Assembly (NCBI RefSeq): GCF_009914755.1 | Contig: NC_060938.1 | Source of the DNA: the human T2T-CHM13v2.0 reference genome, Homo sapiens | Length of the DNA: 64,000 nucleotides | Strand: one strand, 5' to 3' | Shown here: in pieces, positions 25,701 to 38,338 of the stretch | Layout of the letters: every line of letters begins with the position of its first letter | Position numbering within the stretch: position 1 is the first letter of the stretch | Program-made: the position numbers and the translations under genes | Notes under the pieces: generated by a model | Databases searched by the model: none | What the model saw: the letters and a program-made list of their open reading frames with translations, nothing else | What the model was told of the DNA's origin: nothing

Positions 25701-27395
25701 AAAAAAAAAAAAAAAAACTATCAAAAAATGGTGGCCGAGGTTCAAAGCTCTCACCTTGGTTTTGTGATAAAGGTGGTTAATCTTTGGTGTTGGATTTCAA
25801 ATTAGTCTGTTTACAGTGAGCAACAGTACAGCAGTTTTAAAAATCATGTTGAATCAGAAACATGAAGAAGGCAGCAGAGCTTTCTCTCCACCATGCACTT
25901 GGAGAAGGAAATGACTCGGCAGCATACTCCTCATGGCTAATATCCTTTAAGATTTTTCCAAAATCATGAAACCAGAACTTGAGAGCTTAAAAGGGACTTT
26001 AGAAGTCTACCAGTGGATAAGAGAGAAAAAAAAATCAAAAGGGAAATGGAATAAGCCAAACTAAAGGGCAGGATTCTTTTAGTTCTCAGCAGGAAACATA
26101 TGTTTATCTGGAAAAGATTTTGGTTGGACAGGTTGTTTGTGTAAGAATCTTTTTTGTGAGGAAGGAAGATCAACCTGGGCTTGAAGGCTGGGGTGGGGGT
26201 AGAGAGAACAGTCCCTGAGCTTCAAGTAAATGAGAAAAATACACAGATTTTAAACAGAGGAGCCCTGCTTTCACGGGGATCATATGATCGTGCTATCAGC
26301 TTACTTTTAAGTTGTGATAATGTATACATACTTTATGAAATATGATTAAATGGTAACTTTAGTATTAGTGGCTACAAGAACAGAAACAGCAACTTTTAAA
26401 AAGATATGAAAAGATGTTTTGGGTGAAAGTAGTTGGCTGCGCAACACATAGAGTATAACATACATCATTAATTTAAGACTGTAGATGTACAGTATATATT
26501 TGGCATGTACACCAGGATTTTCAGTGATTATTGATGTAATAAGATTTATGATTTTTAAAAAGAAACTCTTCATGATAGTTTTCTGTACCACTTACATTTT
26601 CCATAGTGATCATCATATTGTCTTTATAAACAATGACAACATAAATCAAAAAGAGAGATCTTACATGGTGCCTCTTCTCTGACAGCTGAGACCACATCAT
26701 AGCTACGTTGTTCCCTTACATTGCATTTACATTACATTTAAAATGTTATCAGGAGGACAGAGGCTCATGAATGAGACATGTTCTCTCCAGTTAAATTTAG
26801 TAAAGAAGAATCAGAGAAAAATCTCCAGATAACTGGAAAATGTTTACATTTTCAAGTATATAAAACCAGGATACATTATCTTGTTTAAGCTTGGAGTTGA
26901 CAATAATACCATTTTGAGATGTTTTTCAGATAGAATGACAGTGAGAGTCATAGTGGGGTTGCACCTCCACATGATGCAACCCAAATGTGATGGAACAGAA
27001 ACATTTTTCTTCATCATCCTGAAACCGAGCAGTGATGATCCGCTGAGGAATGTTTAATTTTCATGTATTAAAAAATGAAGAATGTCTGACCTACTGTTAA
27101 TGAGAAAAAAAAACACCAAAAAGGAAGAAAGAAGAAGTGGCAGCTAAAAGCCTTTTTATGGATGACGTCAATAGAGGAAAATGAAATATTCATAGAATCA
27201 CAGCAAGAGAATAGGAATTCTGAACATTTTTGTAGAAGGAAACTGTAGGATTCTTGCAATTGATAGTAGGACAGGAGGGAATTTCCATCCTTATGTGTGC
27301 AGAAAGGAGTAGACACAGTGAAATTTGAAGACTATTGTAAACATTTTCTACTTCACTTCACCTTGAAGAAGTCTACAGAAAGCATATATGGCATA

Positions 27396-27530
27396 GCTGG
27401 GCAGAGTGGCTCATGCCTGTAATCTAGCACTTTGCGAGACCAAAGAGAGAGGATCACCTGAGCCCAGGAGTTTGAGACCAGCCAGGGCAACACAGTGAGA
27501 CCCCAACTCTACTTTTTAAAAGATTTTTTA
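27396..27530 (+). mobile_element. Alu monomer (FLAM-like)
   Basis: Perfect 15-nt TSD aaagcatatatggca at 27379-27393 and 27531-27545. Confidence 0.9.
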
Positions 27531-27599
27531 AAAGCATATATGGCAGTTAAATTTCAGTGAGAAATCAGGACCAGGGTAAATGTAAATACATTACTATAG

Positions 27600-27975
27600 C
27601 AGATAAATAAATATGGATGCCCCACCCATATTTCCTTTCATCCCACAACAGAAAGCTGGAAATGCTGAAAAATTAATACCTCCCACCCCTGAAGCAGCCA
27701 TCAGCCAGTGAGGAATGGGAGCCAGAGGATAAATAACCCAACTTCCTCACCCGCTGAGGGTGTTCAACCAGGTCCTTGAAATTCCCGACAGGAATCGAGC
27801 CTCAGTTGCCCACCCTGGAAACCTGCTCAGTAATACGCTTATCGTTGGTTTCCTTCCCTTTCCTGTCTCACTTCTGTAATCCCCTGGTGCATCTGGGGGT
27901 TCCTTCCCGAATAAACTACTTGCAACTTAAGTCCCTATCTTGAACTCTGCTCCTGGGGGAATCCAAACAAGAACA
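27600..27975 (+). mobile_element. LTR16-family (ERVL) solo LTR
   Basis: gagcctcagttgccc...ccttccctttcctgtctcact...ttcccgaataaactacttgca...gggggaatccaaac. Confidence 0.7.
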
Positions 27976-27999
27976 GGTGGAGACAGAGTAGAACAAGGA

Positions 28000-28650
28000 T
28001 AAGCAAAGCAAGAGAGGAGATCTGAAGACATCTCTAAGGTTGTTTGAGTGACTCCAAGGATAGTGGTACAATTAGCTAGGAGAAAGAGAGGGTGGAGGAG
28101 GCCGAGAAGAGGGTTCAGCCCAACAAATGCCAAGTTTTAGGTAGCTTGGGGATACCTTGAAGAGATGCTGACAAGCTACTTAGAAATAAGTTTATTAGCT
28201 AGAAGCCGGAGCTGGCCAGGCACAGTGGTATGCACCTGTAGTCCCAGCTACTCTGGAGGCTCAGGTGGGAGGATGGCTTGAGTCCAGAAGCTGTTTGAGG
28301 TCAGCCTGGGCAATGTAATGAGACCTCATCTCAATATCAACAAACCTTATCTCAATATAAATGAATGAATGAATGAATGAATGAATGAAACCAGAGCTAT
28401 AGCTGTATATTTGGGAATCCTCAGTGTACAGGCAGTTGATGAATGAACATCCAGAAAGACTAGAAGCATGGTATGCAGGGAACCTTGGAGCATACACATA
28501 TTTAAAAATTGGGTGGAGGAGAAAAGCCAGTGAAGGAGACTAAGAAAGACGATTATAGAGAGAAGAACCAGAGCTGTTATTGGAGCCAAGGCCTCTTTCT
28601 TCAAGGACTGAGAAGGGGAGAGTTTGTACTTTGGAGTTTGCACAGATCAC
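28000..28650 (-). mobile_element. Degenerate L2 with an inserted Alu monomer (28214-28335, + strand) and (GAAT)n at 28360-28388
   Basis: atttgggaatcctcagtgtacagg-type L2 motifs; ggccaggcacagtggtatgcacctgtagtcccagc. Confidence 0.6.
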
Positions 28651-29187
28651 AGACATGAAAAAGGAAAGATGATGATGAGTGGAAAATGGGAGGTCAGGAC
28701 TCTCCTCCCATCCTGATGTGGCAAGAGGCTTTTCTCATGGTTCTGGATGGAACTTTGGCCCTGTTGCAGATGCTCACATGCAACGTTCTGTTCTAATCAC
28801 TGTTCTGCTGGCAGAGGAGGCTGGAGTGATGAGTGAGCATGGGCTCAGCTTGCGTGGATGCTATGAGCCGTAGGTCCTACTCAAGAGAGTCAGTCTAGTA
28901 ACAAATTATTTTCCTCTCCTTCTTTTGCCATCCCATTTAGTTTGCAGGATGGTTGGTGTTTGTGTGGGCTGAGATTCCTCAGAGGGAACCAAAGCCCTGA
29001 GAAACATGTGTAGCAGCTGTTGATTTGGGTCTCCACAGTGAGATCCGGGTCTAATACAGTGAGTCCAACCACTTTATCTGAGTTAGGAAATAACTATGAG
29101 TTACATAGTTAAGCTGTTTTCAAAAAACACAGAGGATTCTGTACTGCTAGTGCCATTGAGGGGGCTTTTGCTGCCATTTATTTTCAA

Positions 29188-29479
29188 CTTATTTTTTTGA
29201 GGTGGAGTCTCACTCTGTCGCCCAGGTTGGAGTATAATGGCGTGATCTCAGCTCACAGCAACCTCTGCCTCCCAGGTTCAAGCAATCCTCCTGCCTCAGC
29301 CTCCTGAGTAGCTGGGATTACAGGTGCCCGCCACCAGGCCTGGCTAATTTTTGTATTTTTAATAGAGATGGGGTTTCACCATGTTGGCCAGACGGTCTTG
29401 AACTCCTGACCTCAGGTCATCTGCCCGCCTCAGCCTTCCAAAGTGCTGGGATTACAGGCATGAGCCGCCACACCCGGCC
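29188..29479 (-). mobile_element. AluSx-like
   Basis: TSD ttgctgccattt on both sides. Confidence 0.94.
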
Positions 29480-30462
29480 TTGCTGCCATTTTTAAATACC
29501 AAAACCTTTTGTTGCAGTCTTTGTCACAGGTGCTGGCACAAAATTCCTGGTACCTTCTCCCTGCTCTAATTCACCAAGTTCTCCTTCCTCTTTTCCAAAG
29601 ACTACTAACATGGAAGTCTTCCTTAATTAGTTACAGGACTATATCTGCAACTCCTGTGATTTATTCGCTCAGTGCCCGTGTCACTGTCACCCACTGGTGG
29701 GGTGTGCTTGTTGTAAATACCCATTTAAATGTTTACATTTTCAAGTATATAAAACCAGGATTGTAAAATACCGTTGTATTTCCAGTTGTAAATAGCCGTT
29801 TAGTTAAGTTAGGCATTTGTTTATCACGCGTCCTAATCTCTGTTTGTGTCGTTACTGTCTCAGAGATCATCATCATCTGTGTTTACATTTTTATGCATCA
29901 TTCTTTATGCAAGTAGTTCTTATTCAGTGTTTTTGATGATGTTAAGCAAAATTCTGTTGCTACCTTACCTCATTACCTTCCCGGGATATATTTTGCAGAT
30001 ATAAACCAATAATATTTTCTGGTTCTTTCTTGACTAGTAGCTTTTGGTTAACTCTAAGGTTTTTCTGTTTGTTTTTCTCACAGTTGTTTTCTCCCACGTG
30101 TACAAATGATAAAACAAATTATCTCAGGAAGAAGAAAAAAGACATTTGATAGTATATCCAGTAGTTCAACAATAGTCAACGGAGTCTGGTGTCCTCACTT
30201 CTGTCATTGGCTGCTTGACCTCACTTAACCTTCCTGTTAGTTTCTGTTTCCTCACTAGAAAATTTATTACTTTCTAGGGATACCAGGAGACCTGGTGTTA
30301 ATAAAGGGCACAGTGCAGGGTGTGTGGAAGATTTTAGTGTCAGTTCTAGCACAAGCTAGCTAAATGTGTCTCGGGGTACCTTAACTTCTCTAGGCCCCAA
30401 TTTCCTAGGTATTCATTCTTCTTCTAGACAATAGACAGTTGAATTAAAAAATCCTTTCTATC

Positions 30463-30590
30463 GACCAGGTGCAATGGCTCACACCTGTAATCCCAGCAGT
30501 TTGGGAGGCCGAGGCAGGAGGATCACTTGAGCCCGTGAGTTTGAGACCAGCCTAGCAACACAGCAAGACCCTGTCTCTTAAAAAAAAAAA
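30463..30590 (+). mobile_element. Alu monomer (FLAM-like)
   Basis: TSD aaaaaatcctttctat. Confidence 0.9.
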
Positions 30591-30659
30591 TCCTTTCTAT
30601 TCCTAGAACTCTAGGGTAGTGTGAAGTAAGGGTTTTCACAGTTACACTAGGTAAGTTAC

Positions 30660-30870
30660 TACCTGTCGGGTACTTCTCTAATTATGCTGTGCTTATTAAC
30701 TTATCAAGTCCTCAAATGGCCCTATGAGGAACATATCCTTTATGTTCTATAGATGAGGAAACTGAAGCATTGGATGTTAAACAACTTGCCCAGGGCCACC
30801 GAGCTTATAAGGGAAGAAGCCGTCTGCACACCCCAGGCTCCAGATTCCACAGCCTCAACCACCAAACTCT
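30660..30870 (-). mobile_element. MIR
   Basis: tagatgaggaaactgaagc...aacttgcccagggccac MIR core. Confidence 0.75.
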
Positions 30871-32241
30871 CTTGTCTGTCGTCATATAGAAGGCTGTTCT
30901 GTTTTCTCAGTGTAGCCCCCTTAAAGATAAGCCACAGTAAACCACAGTGCTTTTGATATTAGGCAAATTAAACTTGAGTTCAATCGTATGTTACACTGAA
31001 TCAAAGTTATATTCGCTGTGCATTTTACGCCAGTAATTCTGGAAACTAAAAAGTGCCATGCCAGAAATTTTCTCTGATTTAATTTGCTTACAATCATTTT
31101 AAAAATGAGGAGCTGTGATCCACGCTTTTGCCCCAGGTTGGAATATTTTAGAAGTACTTTCAAATATATATTTCTGCTGCTGGGATATAAAACCATAAAT
31201 TCGAGCAGATAGAACAAAAGACCAAAGAGGATGATGTATTTACTGTTTTTGAGTTAAAGTTACAACAGTTTACAGAATCACAGCAACCGAGAATAGGAGT
31301 TCTCAGAGACATACTCCTCATCCACAGAAGCCTCACATGACCAACACAAGTTTCAGTCCAGTGCAACTTTTTGCAAATGAAAACTTACCCTGGGGTTGTT
31401 TGGTGACTCCTAGTCACATGTGCTTTCTAAAGTTCTCAAAACAAGCATGGGGTGACAGTCCAGTTTTATGAAATATAATTTTAGTTCAGAAGAGATGGGA
31501 TTTTAGAATAGTTAATCTTCATTATATTTGACATAATTACTCTGCACCCTGTGGATGGGGTGGCTTTTCAAAACCCACTTCTGGTGAGGCAGACCAGGGC
31601 TCCAGGCCAGCACCCCTCTGGAGATTGGAATGTGAATTTCCGTGCTGGGACACAGAGCCAGCTTCCTATTTATTTAGAGCCATTGGGCACCTAAGGAGCC
31701 AAACAGAAGTTGTGATGCAAGTTTTGGCTGCAGAGCATGTTAGGGTTGCCTGACGTGTCTAACTAAAACATGATCTGAGAGATTTCTCAAAGCCCTGGTT
31801 GATTTAAGCACCATAGTATTCAATAGGGTTTTTTTTTAGTCCTTTTAACTCAGTCCTAAGTAAACAGGAGGCGGTGCAAACAATGAGGAAGTTCCCTCTG
31901 CATTCCGATGGTGAAGTGGGGTTGGAGTCTGTAGGCAAGTGAAGAGCGTGTGGGAGAGCTGTTTCCTTTTGCTCATGGCAGCAGTCTAGAACATGGTGAC
32001 AGTGAAAGTCATTGGAAGCCATGGGGGCCCATTTTCTTTATGTGACCAAATGTCTTGCAAAGTCCCAGGTGTGTGTGTAGGTGCATGAGTGTGTATGTTT
32101 GTTTTCTAAACGAAGCACACGTGCAAAATAATGTAAAAGGGCAGAGTGAAGTTTGTCCATGTCCCTGTATGAAAGTGCATGGGAAGTGCCTGGGGCAGAA
32201 GTGAAAGAGACACGGCCCCAGGTCGTGAGAGAAGACATTGA

Positions 32242-32333
32242 GGTGCACTCCCGGCCTGCTGTGGGAACAGTGGGTTAGCATGTCACCGGTGCACTCCCAG
32301 GCTGCTGTGGCAACAGTGGGTTAGCATGTCACC
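32242..32333. repeat. Tandem duplication, 2 x 46 nt (3 mismatches)
   Basis: ggtgcactccc...ctgctgtgg.aacagtgggttagcatgtcacc twice. Confidence 0.95.
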
Positions 32334-33242
32334 CGGCTTTAGGATTTGGGGGAGTTTGCTCAGGCTCTGAGGCAGGTAGGTTAAGGCTAATTTAACTCTT
32401 AATGGTTGGAAGGAAAGAGGGAAGGGCCGTTTAGGAAGGTGAAAAGGCAGGAGTGAAGGTGGCAAGAAATGATTGGCATGCAGTTTTTTCCTAAATCCTC
32501 CTCTGGTTATAAGGAATCAACTGGAAAATTGCAGTGGCAATAGCTGTTAAGAAAAAAAATAGGATTCAATTGATGAAATATTAAACATGCAAGTGGGCTG
32601 GTCTTTTAACCAATCTTTGTAGTATTAAGGGATTAAAAAGTTAATTCTTGGTAATTAGATCCCCAGGGAGAACTTAATTTGCATCTATACATGATAAGTG
32701 TTTACTATTAATAATTCAAGACAAGTTTTGCTTTGGCCGGTATTGAGCTGGGTCTCAGGCTGGTGATAACAGAGGCTGGATAGAGAGTGATACCATTAGC
32801 CTAATTTTGTCATCTGCAAGCAAAGGAATGTTAAAATCTGTTCACTTCGTGGTTTCTAAATGACTTCTAGAAGTATCATGAGTGGAAGAGGGCAGTGTAG
32901 TGTAGTAACTTTTGTTCTTCCGCAGTCCTTAGAACCTGTCAGGATTATTGGTTATGACACTGTTCCCACAGGGTGGACAACAGGGGCATTTTTATCTTCT
33001 TGAGACATATGGGAAACTTAAGAAGGAAAGTAACTAGGCTGTTTGCCAAAGATTACACCTACCTCCAAACAAAAACTGAGGCAGGTATAATTTTAACTGT
33101 GCTGGAATCTCTGAAGATGTTGGTGTCTTGGCCAAATTCATTTGGACTCTTTCTGCATTTCACTCTTTGAGATCTATTGTGTAGACTCTAATTTCTTTGA
33201 CAGGTATTGTCACATTGGTCTCCACAAAAATTATTATTGAAA

Positions 33243-33544
<302 letters not shown>

Positions 33545-33563
33545 TTATTATTGAAATAACTAC

Positions 33564-33848
33564 ATTTTTTTTCTTTTTTTTTTTTGGAGAGAAAGTCTTG
33601 CTCTGTTGCCCAGCTGAAGTGCAGAGGTGCAATCATGGCTCATTATAGCCTCAACCTCCTGGGCTCAAGTGATCCTCCCTAGTAGCTGAGACCACAGGTG
33701 CACACTTGGCTTTTTTTAAAATTTTTTTTGGTAGAGAAGGAGTTTCATTATGTTGCCCAGACTGGTCTCCAATTCCTAGGCTCAAGTGATCTCCCACCTC
33801 AGCCTCCCAAATTTCTAGAATTAAAGATGTGAGCCACTGCACTTGCCC
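33564..33848 (-). mobile_element. AluJ
   Basis: TSD aaataactacatttttt. Confidence 0.92.
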
Positions 33849-34476
33849 TAAATAACTACATTTTTTTGAATGCTGCGATGTGCCTAGCTTTGTGCTAAGC
33901 TCTTTGAATGTGTTACCTGATTCAGTCCTTGGGAAAACCCTAGGAAGAAGGGGCCACCTGATTTCTAGATGGGAACCCTGAGGCTTAGCAAGAAAAAGAG
34001 AGCCGGTGCGGTAGGGTCAGGACTGGAGCCCGGTTTATACTCCGACTGACAGGATGGGGATGCCTGTTTCACCTCACCCTTGTTAAAAAGGACACTTTAG
34101 CAATCCTTTTAAGTATTTGCCAGCTTAAGAGGTAAAAATGTGATTTAGCTTCTGGTTCTTATGCGTCCGTCTTGGGTAGCATTGGACATCTTGGCATGGT
34201 TATTGGCTGTTTGCACTTACAGTTTTAGGAATTGCCTCTTCACATCCTCTGCCCCATTTTTACTTGATTGTTCATACTTTTAAAAATTGATTTCTGTGTA
34301 TTATAAATAGTAACCCTTTGTCATGTGTTACAAGTCCTCTTCTCCCTCAGTTTCTTTCTTTCAATTTTCTGCTTTGTATTTTTTTTTTTTTTTTTGCCAA
34401 ATAGAACTTTAAATTTCTTAAATTGCAAATCTGTGAACTTTGGATGCCTTTAGAGTTTATTATCCCTTTAAAAAAA

Positions 34477-34600
34477 TTTTTTTAAGAGATGGGGCCTCAG
34501 TATATTGTCCAGGTGGTCTTGAACTCCTGGACTCAAGCAGTCCTCCTGCCTCAGCCTCCCAAAGTGTTGGTATTACAGACATGAGCTACTGTACCCGGCC
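34477..34600 (-). mobile_element. Alu monomer
   Basis: Left-arm consensus. Confidence 0.85.
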
Positions 34601-35299
34601 AAGTTTTATTATCCTTATCTTATCCTAGGAGTATAATATTTTTCTGTGTTTTCTTATTGTTCTATAATTTCCTTTGTAACAGGTATCTGAGATTATCTTT
34701 GAAATCTTCTGTCTCTTCCAGGGTTTAAAATTTTTTAGCAAATTATTATTTCATGGTTTCTTAAATTTCCTTTGTTTCAATGATTAAAGCATTATTGAGG
34801 AAATAAGCTATATTTTATTAATCACAAGTCTCTGCATACACTAGAAAAATTCTAGTATAATTATTTGGAAGACATAATGATGTAGTTTTCAGAGTCCTCA
34901 GATTAGAAGCCACTGTTTTAAAAGCGTGAGGTTAGAAAAGGAATTTTGCACCTATTCCAGGTTAATTTCTACCTATTCCAGGTTAACAGAGGTGATCCTG
35001 TACCAATGGGTTTTGGACAGAGCTCTCATAGTCTGTGCTGTGGGCGATTCCCTCATTTAGTTTGCGAGGATACCAGAATTAAAGGAAAATAATGAGAAAT
35101 GCTTATAGCCCATAGATAGACGCGAGGTCACAGACAGCCAGACTGGAGCTAGGAGACCATGCTGATGTCACATACTGCCCTATCAGAACCCTGGGAAACC
35201 CTTGGTCTGTGCTACAAGAGATTGGCCCATGATAGCCAGTTATAACCAGGCAGTGGGCATCTCAGGGGTTTGCATGGGTCTAACCTTAAAAAGCCACAT

Positions 35300-35597
35300 G
35301 ACTGGGTGCGGTGACACACACTTGTAATCCCAGCACTTTGGGAGGCCAAGACACAAGGATCACCTGAACCTGGGAGTTGGAGACCAGCTCTGGCATCACA
35401 GTGAGACCTCCATCTCTATTAAAAAAAAATTATTTTTAATTAGCTGGGTATGGTGGTGCATGCCTGTAGTCCCAGCACCTTGGGTTGCTGAGGTAGGAGC
35501 ATCACTTGGGCCTGAGAGTTCAAGGCTGCAGTAAGCCATGATTGAGCCACTGCACTTCAGCTTGGGTGACAGAGTGAGGTCCTGTCTCAAAGTAAAG
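35300..35597 (+). mobile_element. AluJ, about 165 nt upstream of exon 3
   Basis: Full dimer with a short tail. Confidence 0.92.
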
Positions 35598-35761
35598 AGT
35601 CCTGTTAGGAAGCCATAATGATTTTAGGGGGGATGGTTTAGATCTTGAAGAAAGAAAAAATAATTTGAGGAGTGAGCACTTGAACTATCAAACTTTCTCA
35701 TCTATTAGGTGCGTTAGGTTCCTTACATCTTATTCTTTTTTTCCTTCCTTTTAATATATAG

Positions 35762-35912
35762 CTACTCTCCAGAGAGACCGGATCTTCAAACATTTTACCA
35801 GGAAGCGCCAAAGGGCTATGCGAAGGCGAGTCCACCAGATCAATGGACACAAGTTCATGGCCACGTATCTGAGGCAGCCCACCTACTGCTCTCACTGCAG
35901 GGAGTTTATCTG
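35762..35912 (+). CDS. PRKCH: PKC-eta coding exon (exon 3, 151 nt): pseudosubstrate and start of C1A
   Basis: Polypyrimidine tract plus tatatag acceptor; reads (A)[49 protein letters not shown](W); donor TG|gtaagg. Phase 1 to 2. Confidence 0.98.
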
Positions 35913-37279
35913 GTAAGGGGTTCCCTTACTTCTGTCCTCCTCAGAGCTTCCATCTAATAGGCTTCCTCTGGTTATGTATGACTTCAGCAGAATGCATGAT
36001 TATTTAAGAATTCTTTCAGGATCTGATTTTTGCCTCTTACTCTAGTATGTTGACCCAGTAATTTAAATCTCCATTGCAAAAACATCTAAATAATTTACAG
36101 ATCCAAGTTTTAGATACCATTTCTTTTTAAAATCATCTTGGTAAAGATGCTAATGAATCCTAAACTGGTCAACAAGCATAAATCAGAGAAAAAGGCTAAT
36201 AAGTCAATAAACAATCAGTAAATTGGATAATCAGCCCCTAAGGACCAAAGAATAATCAACAGTATTGCTTTAAGAAGGCATGAATCGCATAATGACTTAT
36301 GGAAATTAATGGTTGCGAGAAAACTAAACACAAAGTAGTCTTCGGCCTCTTGGTATGTAACAGAAGATAATAGCCTTCAGTGATCATATACTGTAATCTA
36401 ATCCCTAGGAATTAGTAGGAACTAAGATAATTCAACATTGAGAAATTCTAGAGATTTGGGGCAATATCTTACTAGACATACAACTGAAGCTTAAGTCTCA
36501 GTCTCAGTGGCAAATGTAAAATAAATTTAAGCAGTAGTTATCTTTAGTGATAAATTAAGCATACTTATTTGGAAAGGGAAGAAAGAAAGATGCCCTCACA
36601 CACCCATCTCAGAAGGAGAAAACACAGTTTGGTAGCGTGAAAGGAGATCTATATTTTTGTTGTCAACTTTAATTATTTTGTTTAGTGAAGGCAGAAGCCC
36701 TTGGATCAGAGCAGTTTCTGAATGTTGATCAATTACTTTGTATTTTGTTTTCTGTGATTATTTTGGATTTTATATCTTCAACAGTCAGAACCTAGGGCTA
36801 GTTAGTATTTCTGACATTTTTAATCAAGAAACAACGATTTTGAGATGCTAAACCAGCTGTAGATATGAAGCCAACAAATGTGTCATAACATTTATTGTAT
36901 TTAGGGAAAAAATTGTATTACTTTTTTTTGGGAAAAAATTAGCAGCCCTGGCGTCTTTGAGTTCACGTTTCCTCTTTGCATGAGGCTGCACTCGACTTAG
37001 CCACAGCCCCACCTCTCTGTGGTTTGCTCACTTGTGACCTAAGGGTGCTTGCCTCTTGCAGTGTATTTCATGTCACACTTTTCTGTTTCCTTTACATGAC
37101 CTGCCAGGCCCCATTCATAATGGAAACTTATTTGATCATTTCACTGACTTTTTTCCACCAGAGAAACATTAACTGTACCCAACCAGCCTTTAACGCTCCC
37201 CCCCTCCACACCCATACACTGTCACCCTCATACTCTCTCTGTCACACACACTTAAAATATTGGTGTATATATTAATATA

Positions 37280-37700
37280 TATGGCTAAGAGTATGGACTC
37301 TGACATCCAGTCTCATCACCAACTGGGTGTGTGACTTAGTCAAGTTGCGTAGCCTGTCAATGTCTCTTCATTTGCAAAATAGACACAACAATCTTATTTT
37401 ACTTGTATAATAAACTTTCATATAGTACTTAAAGGGCCAGGCACTATTGTGAGCATTTTATATTACAACTTTTAATCTTCATTAGAGCCCTGTGCAGTAG
37501 GAACGGTTATCATTAGTCCCTTTTATGGATGAGGAAACTGTGGCTCAAAGCATCAGGTCATCTGGCTTCAGAGTCTGTGCTCTTAACCATGTTATTTTGT
37601 GTGCTGCCTCCCGTGGCTTTTTGTGAGGATTAAATGAAATGGTATATATCAGCTGCTTGGTTCAGTGCCTGGCACATCCTATGGGCTTAGTTACTGTGGT
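37280..37700. mobile_element. MIR fragments
   Basis: gatgaggaaactgtggctc and tgtgaggattaaatga...cagtgcctggcaca cores. Confidence 0.7.
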
Positions 37701-38303
37701 CTTTGTTAATGAGAATGAGAATACTCCTAATGTTACCATCATTATCATCACCCATAGAATATATTTGGGAGAGGCAAAGATGGAAGTGGTGGGCCTGAAG
37801 GGCATATTGTGGCAGCAACTCTGCCCACCTGTGGACTCCAGGGGTGATATGGACACAGGGACAAGGGCAGGTCCCCTGGGACAGGCAGCTGCGGTAGACT
37901 CATCTGTGCACTTCCACAGTGTATCTGTGTCCGTTTACTTCAGCATCTGAACATCTTTATGTGAGAGAGAATAAGGTGGGAACTCTTCAGGCCAAGGCTT
38001 AATCACACGTACAGATGAGGATTTATTGCCATTGAGGACTTAGGAAATTGCCATGGAGGTAGATGGAATGGGAATGGTTTTTACCCACCCATTTGTATCA
38101 TACAGCACATTCTAATCCAGCACATGGTTTTTTCTGGTGTCTCATAGTAACAAACAATGGCTCAGAAAGCACATGATCTTTGCTTCTTCCCTGAAATTGT
38201 GTTTTTCATAAAGGAGGAGAGGATGAAATTTGTTTTCCTTAAGGACTATAAGAGGGTTATTGCTGAAATACTTGACTGATGGTAGTTTTCTTCTCTTCAA
38301 CAG

Positions 38304-38338
38304 GGGAGTGTTTGGGAAACAGGGTTATCAGTGCCAAG
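38304..38338 (+). CDS. PRKCH: PKC-eta coding exon (exon 4, 35 nt): C1A middle
   Basis: ttcttctcttcaacag| (W)GVFGKQGYQCQ(V) |gtaagg; frame continues from the previous exon. Phase 2 to 1. Confidence 0.97.

Noticed and set aside
32242-32333. CRISPR-like repeats (also 9976 and 15088)
   Set aside because: Two adjacent copies without unique spacers, in a mammalian intron, with no cas genes.
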